64,000 nt of DNA, taken from positions 2,422-66,421 of the forward strand of contig CAYHWL010000001.1 of NCBI GenBank assembly GCA_964359785.1. Direction: 5' to 3'. Below the pieces are notes generated by a model that did no database searches, had not been told where the DNA came from, and worked only from the letters and a program-made list of their open reading frames with translations. The position numbers and the translations under genes are program-made. This stretch comes from an uncultured Methanosarcinales archaeon (GTDB lineage: Archaea; Nanobdellota; Nanobdellia; Woesearchaeales; JAGWAF01). This document shows positions 36,500-46,367 of this stretch, one piece after another (the first letter of the stretch is position 1; each line of letters begins with the position of its first letter).

Positions 36500-38155
36500 C
36501 TATTTTAAAGGTTTATCCTTCTTTCTTATTAATGCTCCCAGGTTCAATTCTCCTCCGATAGTGGGTGTTCGGAGTTCAAAGTTATCAAGCACAATCGGGT
36601 TTATCTCGCCAACTGTTCCTACTTGTTCGCCGTCTACTATCACATCCGCGCTTCGGCCGTTGATAAAAGAGGGATTTTTGCTTGGGGTTAATTCATATTT
36701 GAGGTCGATGCCTCTCATATACGCGTCCAAGACCTGTTGCGCGTTCACATAGGCGGCATCTGATTCTATGTGTGCGAATGCGATATGCTCGGATTCGCTA
36801 ATCGATTTGCCTTTTCTTCCGGCGACTTCCCCGCACTCGAATATTTTTTGAGGGTAATCATTATGTTTATTTTGTGATAGTATGTCGAGCAATGCGGGAA
36901 GTATCCAGCTACGCAGCACGGAATATCGGAGCGTGGCATATTCCAGCAATTCGACTGTTCCGATATCTGGATGGTTCATCTTGTTGTAGAGGATCTCTTT
37001 TGCGCTCAAGATGGCATTTAGAGTCTCTTGGTATCCCATCCCTACGAATATGTCTCTTGAGGCGTCGATTATCTCTATGCTTGGTTTAGTGGATCCCCGC
37101 GTGTAGGTGGAGAGCGCAAGATCAGGCACCTGGTTATATCCGTGGCTGATTAGGACATCTTCTGCTATGTCGACTGGATGCATTATATCATCTCTATAAC
37201 AGGGGATTATGATGTTGTTTCCGCTTATTCCATATCTCATCTTGCCAAGCAATTGTATCGTTCTTGTTTTCCCCAGTGTTAGACCTGTGAGTGATTCGAT
37301 GTGCTTGATGTCAAGCTTGATTTTCTGTTCACAGAAGGTTGGTGTGCTTCTTTTTTTGTTACCTTGGATACTTACGCTTCGTATTGTCCAACCCCTGTCG
37401 GCGAATGCGCAGGCTAGGATGTTGCAAGATAAGTCCACTGCGCTTTGGTCTGTTCCTGTGAATTCCACCAGCAGTTCCGTGTCTCCAGGTTCTATTTTTC
37501 CTAGGTGATCGCTGTTTATTATTGGAGGAAAGCTTAACACAGCTCCAACAGCATCCATGAGGAGGGGATATTTTTTGTGCCCTTGCAGGATGCTTGCGAA
37601 TTTTTTTCCTGTGTCATGCGTCTCTAGGATCTCAGAGAGGTTGTATTCCTTGCTATGGCCAAGGGGGGTGAATTTCACGCTAGTGGGGCCTACCGCTTTG
37701 TATTCGACAGGCCACTTGATGTCGCCATATTTGTAGATTCCAATGCTCACTTTCTTGCGTTTCATCCCAAAGCCATCGCAGAGTTTCTCTTGGAATTGGA
37801 TGAGTGTCTTGATGAAGTTATCATCGATGGCTGGCCCTTTGGCTGAGAACGCGGCTATGCATGGTCGGATTTTATCTAGTTCCCTGTCGACTTTTATTAT
37901 GTCCTTGGTGGGCATTGATTTGTACACGGCAAGGCCTTTCTCTACATCCAACTGGCCTCGAAATACCCTGGCTATCCCTTCTGTGCTCCATAGATATGGA
38001 AGATTCGTGTCCTCAAGTTTGATGCGTATTGTGTCGCCGTCTTGACTCTCTATCTCGGCTTTCACATATTCAAGCAATTCTTCGATTGCTTTGATGGAAA
38101 GTTTCCGCCGGATGAGTTTGCATAGATCCTCGACAGAGCAGTCGATCGTGACCAT
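36500..38155 (-). CDS. pheT: phenylalanyl-tRNA synthetase beta subunit (archaeal type)
   Basis: 551 aa with archaeal PheT architecture, immediately downstream of pheS. Confidence 0.9.
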   Translation of the reverse strand: MVTIDCSVEDLCKLIRRKLSIKAIEELLEYVKAEIESQDGDTIRIKLEDTNLPYLWSTEGIARVFRGQLDVEKGLAVYKSMPTKDIIKVDRELDKIRPCIAAFSAKGPAIDDNFIKTLIQFQEKLCDGFGMKRKKVSIGIYKYGDIKWPVEYKAVGPTSVKFTPLGHSKEYNLSEILETHDTGKKFASILQGHKKYPLLMDAVGAVLSFPPIINSDHLGKIEPGDTELLVEFTGTDQSAVDLSCNILACAFADRGWTIRSVSIQGNKKRSTPTFCEQKIKLDIKHIESLTGLTLGKTRTIQLLGKMRYGISGNNIIIPCYRDDIMHPVDIAEDVLISHGYNQVPDLALSTYTRGSTKPSIEIIDASRDIFVGMGYQETLNAILSAKEILYNKMNHPDIGTVELLEYATLRYSVLRSWILPALLDILSQNKHNDYPQKIFECGEVAGRKGKSISESEHIAFAHIESDAAYVNAQQVLDAYMRGIDLKYELTPSKNPSFINGRSADVIVDGEQVGTVGEINPIVLDNFELRTPTIGGELNLGALIRKKDKPLK

Positions 38156-39691
38156 CTAGATCACCTTGATGTTGCGCAGGAACGCGAGGTCTGTTGAGTA
38201 TAGGTTTCTGATGTCTTTGATTCCCATGTTGAACATGCCGATCCGGTCTATGCCAAGTCCCCATGCGATTACTGGCGCGTCTACTCCCAGTGGTTTGGTG
38301 AGTTCTGGGCGGAATATGCCTGCTCCTCCAAGTTCTATCCATCCTAGTTCTGGATGTTTTGCGAAGAGCTCGCAGCTTGGTTCCGTGAATGGGAAATATC
38401 CTGGTTTGATCCGGATATGGTCTGTCTTGGCGAATTCTTTTGCGAATTCCAACAGCAGTCCTTTTAGGTGTCGGAAGTTCAATCCTTCCTCTACGATGAT
38501 TCCTTCTGTCTGGAAGAAATCAGGCAGATGTGTGGCGTCGATCACGTCATATCTGAAATTCTTTGCGATAGCGAAATATTTTCCAGGGATCTTCAGATCC
38601 TTGCTGGCCAATTTCCGGGCGGAACAAGCGGTGGTCTGCGTCCGCAATAATAGTCTTTTTGTCCGCTCTACATCGAAGTTGTATCGCCATCCCTTGCTTC
38701 CCGTGTCTGCTCCATTCTCATGTGCGGCTTTCACTTTCCGCAATACTGCTTCATCGACTTCTCCATGGGTTGGCTCTTTGATATAATATGCTTGATGGAT
38801 GTCTCGCGCTGAATGGAATTGCGGCATGTATAGCGCATCCATGTCCCAGAAATCTGTTTCCACAAGTGGTCCGCCTATCTCCGCGAAGCCCATGGATACG
38901 AATCTTTTGCGGACTTCATCCAGGAATGCCCTGTAATGATGTTTCCTTCCGATGTGGAAGGGTTTGCTTGGTATTTTCACGTCGTAGCTGCGGAAGGCTT
39001 TGCCTTTCCATGAACCTTGGGCTAGCATCTCTGGTGTGAGGGTGTCGATCACGTCCCCTACTTTGATCCCGCTTTCTATTGCTTGCTTGCCAAGGCCGCT
39101 TAATTGGAATGAGATCGTCTTTACTATCTTGGTCTTGATCATCTGTTTGCGCTTGCGTAACATCTCATAAGCATGTTTTTCTTGGGGCTCAAGGCTGGCT
39201 AGATCGATCTCTTTTGATTTGCTTAATTTTTTCAGGAATGCGTCTTCGAGCCTCTCTTTGGATAATGCGTCACGTCCTTGATTTGTGAGTTCGATCCTTT
39301 TGTCAGGTAAGAAGTTTATCAGCACAGCTCCTCGGAGTACGCCAAGTCCTGCTTGTATCTCTTGGACATCCATCCCAGTGGATTTCGCCACATCCGCTAT
39401 GCTTTTTGCCTTGTCAGCAAGCGCCTGGATTATCACGCGTTCAGGAAGGCCTCGATTGGCGTATTTCTCTCCATTGACATCCAAAAGGACAAACTCCGCA
39501 AGGTCTGTCTTGGTGCAGATGATCCCCTTTGCTTCTAGCCACTGGATGGCGCGGTAGCATTCGGCTTCCTGCATTCCGCTTGCGTCAATTATCTGTGTTA
39601 GTGTATGTTTGGTGGACAGCAGCGGAAATATCGCTCTCTCTAGAGGATGAAGGCTCGATACTAGCTCCTTTATGTCCATAATGACTCCCAA
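38156..39691 (-). CDS. pheS: phenylalanyl-tRNA synthetase alpha subunit (archaeal type)
   Basis: Class II aaRS motif 3 near the C-terminus (…GAGIFRPEL…WGLGIDRI). Confidence 0.9.
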   Translation of the reverse strand: MGVIMDIKELVSSLHPLERAIFPLLSTKHTLTQIIDASGMQEAECYRAIQWLEAKGIICTKTDLAEFVLLDVNGEKYANRGLPERVIIQALADKAKSIADVAKSTGMDVQEIQAGLGVLRGAVLINFLPDKRIELTNQGRDALSKERLEDAFLKKLSKSKEIDLASLEPQEKHAYEMLRKRKQMIKTKIVKTISFQLSGLGKQAIESGIKVGDVIDTLTPEMLAQGSWKGKAFRSYDVKIPSKPFHIGRKHHYRAFLDEVRKRFVSMGFAEIGGPLVETDFWDMDALYMPQFHSARDIHQAYYIKEPTHGEVDEAVLRKVKAAHENGADTGSKGWRYNFDVERTKRLLLRTQTTACSARKLASKDLKIPGKYFAIAKNFRYDVIDATHLPDFFQTEGIIVEEGLNFRHLKGLLLEFAKEFAKTDHIRIKPGYFPFTEPSCELFAKHPELGWIELGGAGIFRPELTKPLGVDAPVIAWGLGIDRIGMFNMGIKDIRNLYSTDLAFLRNIKVI

Positions 39692-39821
39692 GAGATGGTG
39701 TCCTTAAAAATCTTTAGAAAAAAAGTAACCATTCAGTGTTCTGATACTGTTCGTCGATAATTGATTTATATTCTGTAGTGGCGATATCTTTATATCCTAG
39801 TGTAGTTACATTGTAACTACA

Positions 39822-39959
39822 ATGAAATCGTTGATCGAAATGAAAATGAATGGATTTGAGGCCATTGAGAAAATCGCTCAAGCTGGCGGAAATAGTGCTC
39901 GGGTCTATGTGCCTAAGCATTGGCAAGGGAAAAAAGTCAAAGTGGTGTTGATAGAATGA
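39822..39959 (+). CDS. 45-aa transposon-associated small protein (DUF2080-like, AbrB/SpoVT-like hairpin)
   Basis: Translation MKSLIEMKMNGFEAIEKIAQAGGNSARVYVPKHWQGKKVKVVLIE. Its stop overlaps the transposase ATG (ATGA). Confidence 0.5.
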   Translation: MKSLIEMKMNGFEAIEKIAQAGGNSARVYVPKHWQGKKVKVVLIE

Positions 39960-41311
39960 ACACAACTGAAGAAGGACTTCGCAAAAGGATTCGCGAGTTG
40001 GAGCGTGAGCTCCAACAAACAAAGGAGGAGAAGCAGCGTATTGAGGATGCGAAAAAGAAAATTGAGAAAGAGTTTGAAGAGTTCCGAGCAAAATATGCAT
40101 GTACTGTAGACAATCTGAAGATTGCATTGAAGATTAAGGGCGATGTTTCAAATTCTGCAGAACCTGGTGCAAGAAAAGGGCATGTTGGTCATGGGCGTAA
40201 AGCGCCGGAGCATGTTGACAAGAATGAGGAGATTCGACTTGATAATTGTCCTTATTGTAAGACTCACCTTCGAGGAAAAACTATCAGCACGCGTCATCGT
40301 ATTGTCACGACGATAAAAATCATCAATCCTGCACAAGTCATCCGTTATTTGCTTCATCGCAAGTGGTGTCCGACTTGTGAGAAACTGGTAGAACCCGAAG
40401 TGCCAGGTGTGCTTCCAAATGCGCGATTCAGCCTAAATATCATGCTTTTAGTCATGTATTTGCATCTGGCACTGCGTGTGCCTGGCGCGAAGGTGCGCGA
40501 ATATTTTCAGACTGTGCACAATGTCAATATCAGCACGGGTGAGATCCCGCACATGCTCACGCAACTCGCACGAGAATACGGAGACCATTACGCCAGTTTA
40601 GAAAAACTCGTGCGAGCTGCACGAGTCAAACACACTGATAGTACAAGTTGGCGCATAAGCGGTAAAAACTATGCCGCATGGGTATTTGTCATTCAAGGAG
40701 TCGTGCTCTACAAAATCAGTAAAAGTACAAGTCACAAACTACCACTCAAAGTGCTTGGCAGAATCGGCAAAAACATCACACTTGTCGTAGATAGACACTC
40801 TGCATTCCGCACCCTCGCACAAAAAGCAGGATATCTACTCCAATTATGCTGGTCACACATACTCCAAGACAGCAAGGAACTAGCCAAAAATTTCGGCGCC
40901 GAAGGACGCTACGTCCACCGCCACCTCAAAGAAATCTACGCACAAGCCAAATCCCTAAACCACCAAGCCACACAAGAACAAGTAGACGCACTCAAATGCG
41001 AAATACTCCAACTCACCTACAGACATTACAAAAGCCACGCCATACGCCGATTCGTCGACAATCTCGCATACCGCGACCTAGACAACCTATTCCGATTCAC
41101 AACAGACCCCACAATCGACCCGACCAACAACATAAGCGAAAGAGAACTACGACACTTAGTCATGATACGACGCATCAGCCACGGCAGCAGAAGCCGCCGC
41201 GGCGCCAATGCCATGACCCAACTTCTAAGCATCATTCAAACACTACGACTAAACCAACAAAACCCCCTCGAAGGACTACAAAACATACTCAACCCCCTAT
41301 CAATCAACTGA
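39956..41311 (+). CDS. IS66-family transposase (TnpC-like)
   Basis: N-terminal coiled coil (ELERELQQTKEEKQRIEDAKKKIEKEFEE). Zinc finger CPYCKTH…CPTCEKL. DDE core. IS66-type C-terminus NNISERELRHLVMIRRISHGSRSRRGANAMTQLLSIIQT. Confidence 0.85.
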   Translation: MNTTEEGLRKRIRELERELQQTKEEKQRIEDAKKKIEKEFEEFRAKYACTVDNLKIALKIKGDVSNSAEPGARKGHVGHGRKAPEHVDKNEEIRLDNCPYCKTHLRGKTISTRHRIVTTIKIINPAQVIRYLLHRKWCPTCEKLVEPEVPGVLPNARFSLNIMLLVMYLHLALRVPGAKVREYFQTVHNVNISTGEIPHMLTQLAREYGDHYASLEKLVRAARVKHTDSTSWRISGKNYAAWVFVIQGVVLYKISKSTSHKLPLKVLGRIGKNITLVVDRHSAFRTLAQKAGYLLQLCWSHILQDSKELAKNFGAEGRYVHRHLKEIYAQAKSLNHQATQEQVDALKCEILQLTYRHYKSHAIRRFVDNLAYRDLDNLFRFTTDPTIDPTNNISERELRHLVMIRRISHGSRSRRGANAMTQLLSIIQTLRLNQQNPLEGLQNILNPLSIN

Positions 41312-41344
41312 ACGATTACGAAAAAAAGATGATAAAAGAAAAAA

Positions 41345-42151
41345 TTACTTTCCAATTGGTTTCATGCCTTTCCATGCGGTGTCAAAGAGGCTCTCTACCG
41401 CGCTGGCGAAGAATGGCGTGTTGACCCAGACTCCTATGTCATAGATTGGGTGCACGTCCTTGTCATCAAGGACCATGAATACCATCTGTTTGCCATCGAC
41501 TATGGCGAAGCGTGCTCGGCTGTCGGTCTCGCGGATCTCTGCATATGGCGCGATTTCGCTCACAGCCGCCCTGGTGTCTTTGTTGCTAGGTGAGGCGATC
41601 CTGATTTTGACCCCTTTCTTTTTGAGTTTCTCAAACACGGGTTTCAAGGAATCCGCTTTTCGGATGAGTCCTTGGGCAGTCGTCATCAGTGTGACTGATT
41701 TCTCCGCATTTTTGATCGCGAGTTCAAGATGCGCGTAAAGGTTCTGTCTTCCTCGCAGTGATCCTGACAGTTCGGTAGGGTCGATCATCTCGACGCCTTG
41801 ATTGTGCAATGCGCTTAATTCCTCTAAGACATCTGTGCTTTTTAGGTCTTCAAGCCTTCGCACTCGCTCTTCGGCTTCCACTTTGGTGTTTTTCTTGACA
41901 CGTTCAACCACTTCAGTGGGTGCGACTGCGATATACTTGATAGGTTTTCCAAGTTTCATGACGACATATCCACGTTTCTCTAATGATTCAAGGACATCGT
42001 ATGCTCGACTTCTTGGCACGTCGGCCAAGTCAGATAGTTCTCCTGCGGTCGCGACACCACGTGACAGCAACGCGGCCCATATTTTCACTTCGTATAGGTT
42101 CAAATTGAAGAGCCTTCGCAATTTCGATAAGAATTCGTCTTTTACGAGCAT
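41345..42151 (-). CDS. TrmB family transcriptional regulator
   Basis: N-terminal wHTH (LYEVKIWAALLSRGVATAGELSDLADVPRSRAYDVLESLEKRGYV) plus a C-terminal TrmB domain. It is a paralog of 60279..61058. Confidence 0.85.
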   Translation of the reverse strand: MLVKDEFLSKLRRLFNLNLYEVKIWAALLSRGVATAGELSDLADVPRSRAYDVLESLEKRGYVVMKLGKPIKYIAVAPTEVVERVKKNTKVEAEERVRRLEDLKSTDVLEELSALHNQGVEMIDPTELSGSLRGRQNLYAHLELAIKNAEKSVTLMTTAQGLIRKADSLKPVFEKLKKKGVKIRIASPSNKDTRAAVSEIAPYAEIRETDSRARFAIVDGKQMVFMVLDDKDVHPIYDIGVWVNTPFFASAVESLFDTAWKGMKPIGK

Positions 42152-42374
42152 GTTTTGTTCCCCCCTCTTTTCCGTCGTGACGGTCCGGTATTATTAATAC
42201 GTTTTGTTTTCGCGGTGTTTTTTTACCTTTCTGGAGTTAAACACTGCCAATCCCACTAAAGAGTAATATCAAAATGCACCTATATAAGCGTTGTCATGGA
42301 AAATATTTTATCGTCGATATCTTTCCTGTTTCATTGTAGCTGAGTAACATATTATTGTTTTCCTGGTTGTTTTT

Positions 42375-43406
42375 CTAGTTCAGTTTATACCTTAATATCG
42401 CCCCTATGCCTCCAAGCCCCCAGAGTTTCCTGCCCCCGTCATTGTCTTCCGAGATGATTCGGATATCGCCCTCCATCCGGTCGACATCTTTCATCATCGT
42501 GTCGATCTCGATATATTTCTTGGCGGCTCGCTTCTCTTTTATCAGTCTCTCGCACACAAGCAGGATCTTTACCGCTCCGCTCTCGATAGCGGTTTTTGTC
42601 TGGCGTATCCCATAGGCGTAATTCCCGTCCTTGGATATCTCTTTTAGCAATTCCTCTACGATTCTCAATTCATCAGCGGATTTATGGGCCAAAAGCGCCG
42701 TCTTGGTCTCATCACGTTTAAGTGTTTCATCAATCCCGTTCTTGCCCACGGAGCCTATGGTGGCATAGATTAATCTGGATTTCATCTCTTTGGATAATGC
42801 TTTTGCCAGGTCTTCTTTGAAGAATGCGGGGCTTGCGAGTATGATACGTGTGGGTTTATATCGTTCATCATATTGTTCTAGGACTTTTTTGATCTCTAAG
42901 TAGAAATCTTTGCCAGAGGGATTGTCTTTTTTGATTGGCTCTCCTTCAAGATGAACTAGGATATCGTACCCCGTACGTGTCATCTTGGCGATGAACGCTT
43001 CTTCCCGGTCGTGGACTACGATTAGCACCTGCGCAGGGCCGCCTGCGCATGCTTCATCGACTTTTTCCAATTGATGACGAAGCCACTCCTTGCGTATTGT
43101 GATTTCTTCATGCAGCCGCAATTTGATCGAGTGATGCGACCCTCTGGTCAGTTCTTCGCTGCCTCCGATGATGATTCCAGCGACCCGCAGCTCGTCGCCT
43201 GTGAGTTCGCATTCGTCCGCTTTAATGATCGCGAATACTGGGATCTTGATGGCATCCCCTTCTTCTGTGGCTTTTACTTTGCGTACTGTGCGGGCGGCCA
43301 CGCTATCCCCCTCATCGATTATTGTGGATAGATACCATAAGTCTTCCTTGGAATCGCACGCGAGTGTCATCTCGCCCAGTTTCATGTTTTTCTTGATGAT
43401 TCTCAT
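42375..43406 (-). CDS. pelA: Pelota (archaeal Dom34 homolog, mRNA surveillance)
   Basis: eRF1-like domains. The N-terminus is taken at MRIIKKNMKLGEM…. Confidence 0.85.
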   Translation of the reverse strand: MRIIKKNMKLGEMTLACDSKEDLWYLSTIIDEGDSVAARTVRKVKATEEGDAIKIPVFAIIKADECELTGDELRVAGIIIGGSEELTRGSHHSIKLRLHEEITIRKEWLRHQLEKVDEACAGGPAQVLIVVHDREEAFIAKMTRTGYDILVHLEGEPIKKDNPSGKDFYLEIKKVLEQYDERYKPTRIILASPAFFKEDLAKALSKEMKSRLIYATIGSVGKNGIDETLKRDETKTALLAHKSADELRIVEELLKEISKDGNYAYGIRQTKTAIESGAVKILLVCERLIKEKRAAKKYIEIDTMMKDVDRMEGDIRIISEDNDGGRKLWGLGGIGAILRYKLN

Positions 43407-43491
43407 TGTGTTCCTTCTCGTGCATATATCATCCAAACATTTATATATTCTCCTAAGGAGGATTTGTATCTATATATAGGCGGTGATGGAA

Positions 43492-44664
43492 ATGCGTCGT
43501 GGTCAGTCTGGTAATGAGGCTTGGGTGGTGATAGGGCTAATAACCTTGCTCTTGATTTTCTATATTCTTTTCTTGCCGCCGGCGGAAAGGCAAAAACTTC
43601 TGGATGACTCCACAACCTATGATTCCACTACAGATGGTAGTATTAGCGTCGCGAATAACACTCTTCTAAAAGAGAGGGTTGGCACTCTTGAGGCTCATGA
43701 GCCAATCATCACTCATTCTCTCCCAGCATCAAGGATCTATGAGTCGAAGAAGGCTGTTGTTTTTGATGAACCAAATGCGTTTTATGTGAAGCGAGGATGG
43801 TTTTCGCGTAAAGATAATATTATAGACTTTGGAGTTCCTGACCTTGCCAACAGCGATAATATCATGCTCGCTTATGACACGACTGTGAGGACTGGGATTT
43901 TGACAGTCACACTAAATGAGAAGGTCATCTTTGAAGGCCAGATCCCAAGATCTCCTGCGCCTATCAGGTTGAGGAAGGATCTTCTTCAAAAGGATAATAC
44001 TCTCAGATTCAGTGTCAATAATGTAGGATTCGCGTTCTGGTCATCCAATGAGATTGATTTTACAAATGTCAAGATCATAGGTGATGTCTCTGATGTCACA
44101 AGGCAAAAGGCGCAGAATGTCTTTGCTGTTTCGCCGGTAGAGAAGAACAATGTTGTCACGGCGACCCTGGAATATACTGCCGAATGTGATGAGGCTTCTG
44201 CTGGGCCCTTGTCTATCATGATCAACGACCAAAGGGTTTACCAGGGGGTTCCGGATTGTGGAGGCAAGAACCGTGCGGAGATTAACTCTGCCGCGCTCCA
44301 AGAGGGATCAAATGCGCTTTTCTTCGAGACGACAAAAGGGGATTATTATCTAAGCGGGATGAAGCTAACGACGCTTCTGAAAAAGACCCGGTCTTTCATT
44401 GGGTACTTCGATGTTTCAGATGCGGTCGTCCAACGCGCGAAGGACAACACTGCCCGGGTGATGCTGGAGATTGATTTTGTGGATGACAAGCTTCCCAAAC
44501 GTGCGCAAGTGAACGTGAATGGCCATCTTACTTTCATCGATCAGGTAGAACCGTTCTATGCCAAGAACCTCAACGCGTTTGTCCTGTCTGGTCCAAGGAA
44601 CTATATCGAGGTGATTCCAGAGTCTTCGATTGGTATTCCAGAGCTTCGCGTTGTGGTCAAGTAG
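43492..44664 (+). CDS. secreted hypothetical protein with a class III-like signal peptide (MRRGQSGNEAWVVIGLITLLLIFYILFL)
   Basis: RRG|Q followed by a hydrophobic helix. A TATA box (ctatatatag) lies about 25 nt upstream, consistent with a leaderless transcript. Confidence 0.55.
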   Translation: MRRGQSGNEAWVVIGLITLLLIFYILFLPPAERQKLLDDSTTYDSTTDGSISVANNTLLKERVGTLEAHEPIITHSLPASRIYESKKAVVFDEPNAFYVKRGWFSRKDNIIDFGVPDLANSDNIMLAYDTTVRTGILTVTLNEKVIFEGQIPRSPAPIRLRKDLLQKDNTLRFSVNNVGFAFWSSNEIDFTNVKIIGDVSDVTRQKAQNVFAVSPVEKNNVVTATLEYTAECDEASAGPLSIMINDQRVYQGVPDCGGKNRAEINSAALQEGSNALFFETTKGDYYLSGMKLTTLLKKTRSFIGYFDVSDAVVQRAKDNTARVMLEIDFVDDKLPKRAQVNVNGHLTFIDQVEPFYAKNLNAFVLSGPRNYIEVIPESSIGIPELRVVVK

Positions 44665-44675
44665 GTGATGATGAT

Positions 44676-46367
44676 ATGGTAGAAGGTTCAACACTGCCTG
44701 TCACTCCTTCTTCTCAGCCACTGCTGATTTTTTTGTTTGTGACTGCGGCAGTGGTCACTGGAGCGATTTATGGATTCCCTTTTGAGGTCATTCTTGCGCT
44801 CGCAGGCATTGGACTAGCGATCACCCTATTTCTTGGTAACAAAGATTATTTTATTCTAGGGTGCGCTATCCTCCTCCATTTTGTGGATTCGGTATTCGGA
44901 TTCAACCGTACCGTCTACTTCGGCGTCTTTGCGATGTTGTATATCTTGATGGCTATGGCAGCGATTATGGTATTTGTCTTTGGCGCGGACAATCATAAGA
45001 ATTTAGGCAGTCAGGCTGTCGCTTTCTTTGGTATATCAGTGCTTTCATTTGGACTTCCCTATATCAAGGAATTATTGAAAGGGGCTCTAAGCAGGATATT
45101 TCCTAGTTTCTTCACTGTCTACTTTGACGGACTTGTTCTCTTCGCCCCGTTCTGGGTAATCTTTTTGCTTGTTAGAGACCCGGCTTTAAGGCAAGCAGGT
45201 TCACTATACTTGATGTTCTGGATGGTCATGTTCAGCATAAATATAGCTTATGTCTCATCAACGCAAGGTATGGATGTTTTTGGTAGATTGGGTCTATCTG
45301 CTGATGTCATAAACGTGTACACTCCAGCAAGACAGATGTGGGATAATACGCTCAAGTCTTTCAAGTATCTCTGGAGCAGGACTTACTCTATGATCACAGG
45401 CATCCAGGAGCAGGTAGGCTCTGGTTTTGAGGCGCAAATTGATGAGGCGATTAACGGCAAACAGGAGCAGATTAAGAAGTTCGTGGGCCTTGATGTCATG
45501 AATTTCCAGCCTATCGATTCGAGTTTCAAGGAAGGCGAGCCTGTCACAATCGAAGGGCAGATCAAGGCTGGCGCGTTGGATGTGGAGATTCCAGTCAAGT
45601 TCATCTGCGATGCCAAAAAAGAGGACCAGACTAAGTCTACCTCGGCAGATCTGCTGACACCAGACCATATGACAGTCTATGAATCAGACGAACGATTGCT
45701 TGATTGCAAATTCGACTCACTTGAGAAGGGTTCTTATCAGATCAAACTGACGGCGGAATACGATTTTGGCACTAAAGGTGAGGTCTCTCACTATACGATA
45801 AAATCTGACTTGTTCAATGCCCTTTTGGATACCGCAAGAAAACAAGGTGGAGACGCATACAATCTGTTCTATTCACAATATGGACTCTCGCCAAATGGGG
45901 AGTCTCTCTCTTCTCCAGGCCCGGTGACTGTGGCTCTATCAGCTGGAAAGGATGTGTTGGTGATCAATCCTGCATCACCCACGGATATTATTCTGAAGAT
46001 CACCTTGAAGAATTCATGGGAGGGGCTAATAGGTGATGTGAGATCGCTCACGATGGTCATTCCCAAGGGTTTTGGCATCAAAGATGTCGCTGGCAAGGAT
46101 CCAAAAGAGCAAGTCAAGCAGATCCGTTGCGAGGAGATGCCAGGGAACCGTGATGTCTCCGCTGGCTGCGACAATGCAAAACATAATGTTTATGTCATCC
46201 CGATGAAAAAGGAGCCGATCCAGCTCCTTAGAAATATCCGGGCTTATCTTTCTCTAGACGATCCAGATTCGGTTGTGGGTAAGGCTCTCTACAATGTCCA
46301 GACTTTCAAGCTCTTTGCTGATTACACTTACAGGATAGAGAGGCAAGCCGAGGTGAGGGTGCAATGA
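44676..46367 (+). CDS. polytopic membrane protein with a C-terminal soluble domain
   Basis: About 7 predicted TM helices in the first 220 aa. It overlaps the downstream lipoprotein gene by 4 nt. Confidence 0.6.
   Translation: MVEGSTLPVTPSSQPLLIFLFVTAAVVTGAIYGFPFEVILALAGIGLAITLFLGNKDYFILGCAILLHFVDSVFGFNRTVYFGVFAMLYILMAMAAIMVFVFGADNHKNLGSQAVAFFGISVLSFGLPYIKELLKGALSRIFPSFFTVYFDGLVLFAPFWVIFLLVRDPALRQAGSLYLMFWMVMFSINIAYVSSTQGMDVFGRLGLSADVINVYTPARQMWDNTLKSFKYLWSRTYSMITGIQEQVGSGFEAQIDEAINGKQEQIKKFVGLDVMNFQPIDSSFKEGEPVTIEGQIKAGALDVEIPVKFICDAKKEDQTKSTSADLLTPDHMTVYESDERLLDCKFDSLEKGSYQIKLTAEYDFGTKGEVSHYTIKSDLFNALLDTARKQGGDAYNLFYSQYGLSPNGESLSSPGPVTVALSAGKDVLVINPASPTDIILKITLKNSWEGLIGDVRSLTMVIPKGFGIKDVAGKDPKEQVKQIRCEEMPGNRDVSAGCDNAKHNVYVIPMKKEPIQLLRNIRAYLSLDDPDSVVGKALYNVQTFKLFADYTYRIERQAEVRVQ

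Larger units (their letters stand above)
39700..41340 (+). mobile_element. IS66-family insertion sequence (small DUF2080-like ORF plus TnpC-type transposase)
   Basis: Inserted between pheS and a TrmB-regulator gene. It carries two overlapping ORFs (ATGA junction) typical of archaeal IS66-like elements. A palindrome tgtagttaca-tt-gtaactaca (39801..39821) lies near the left end. Exact termini were not determined. Confidence 0.7.

Noticed and set aside
39714-40127. 137-aa minus-strand ORF across the left end of the IS element
   Set aside because: It is antisense to the DUF2080-like and transposase ORFs, has no recognisable features, and spans the IS boundary.
40846-41424. 192-aa Pro/Arg/Thr/Gln/His-rich plus-strand ORF overlapping the transposase
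   Set aside because: It is an artefact of the T-depleted composition of this segment: almost no stop codons are possible. The product is low-complexity, and the frame bearing the IS66 transposase signature is the real one.
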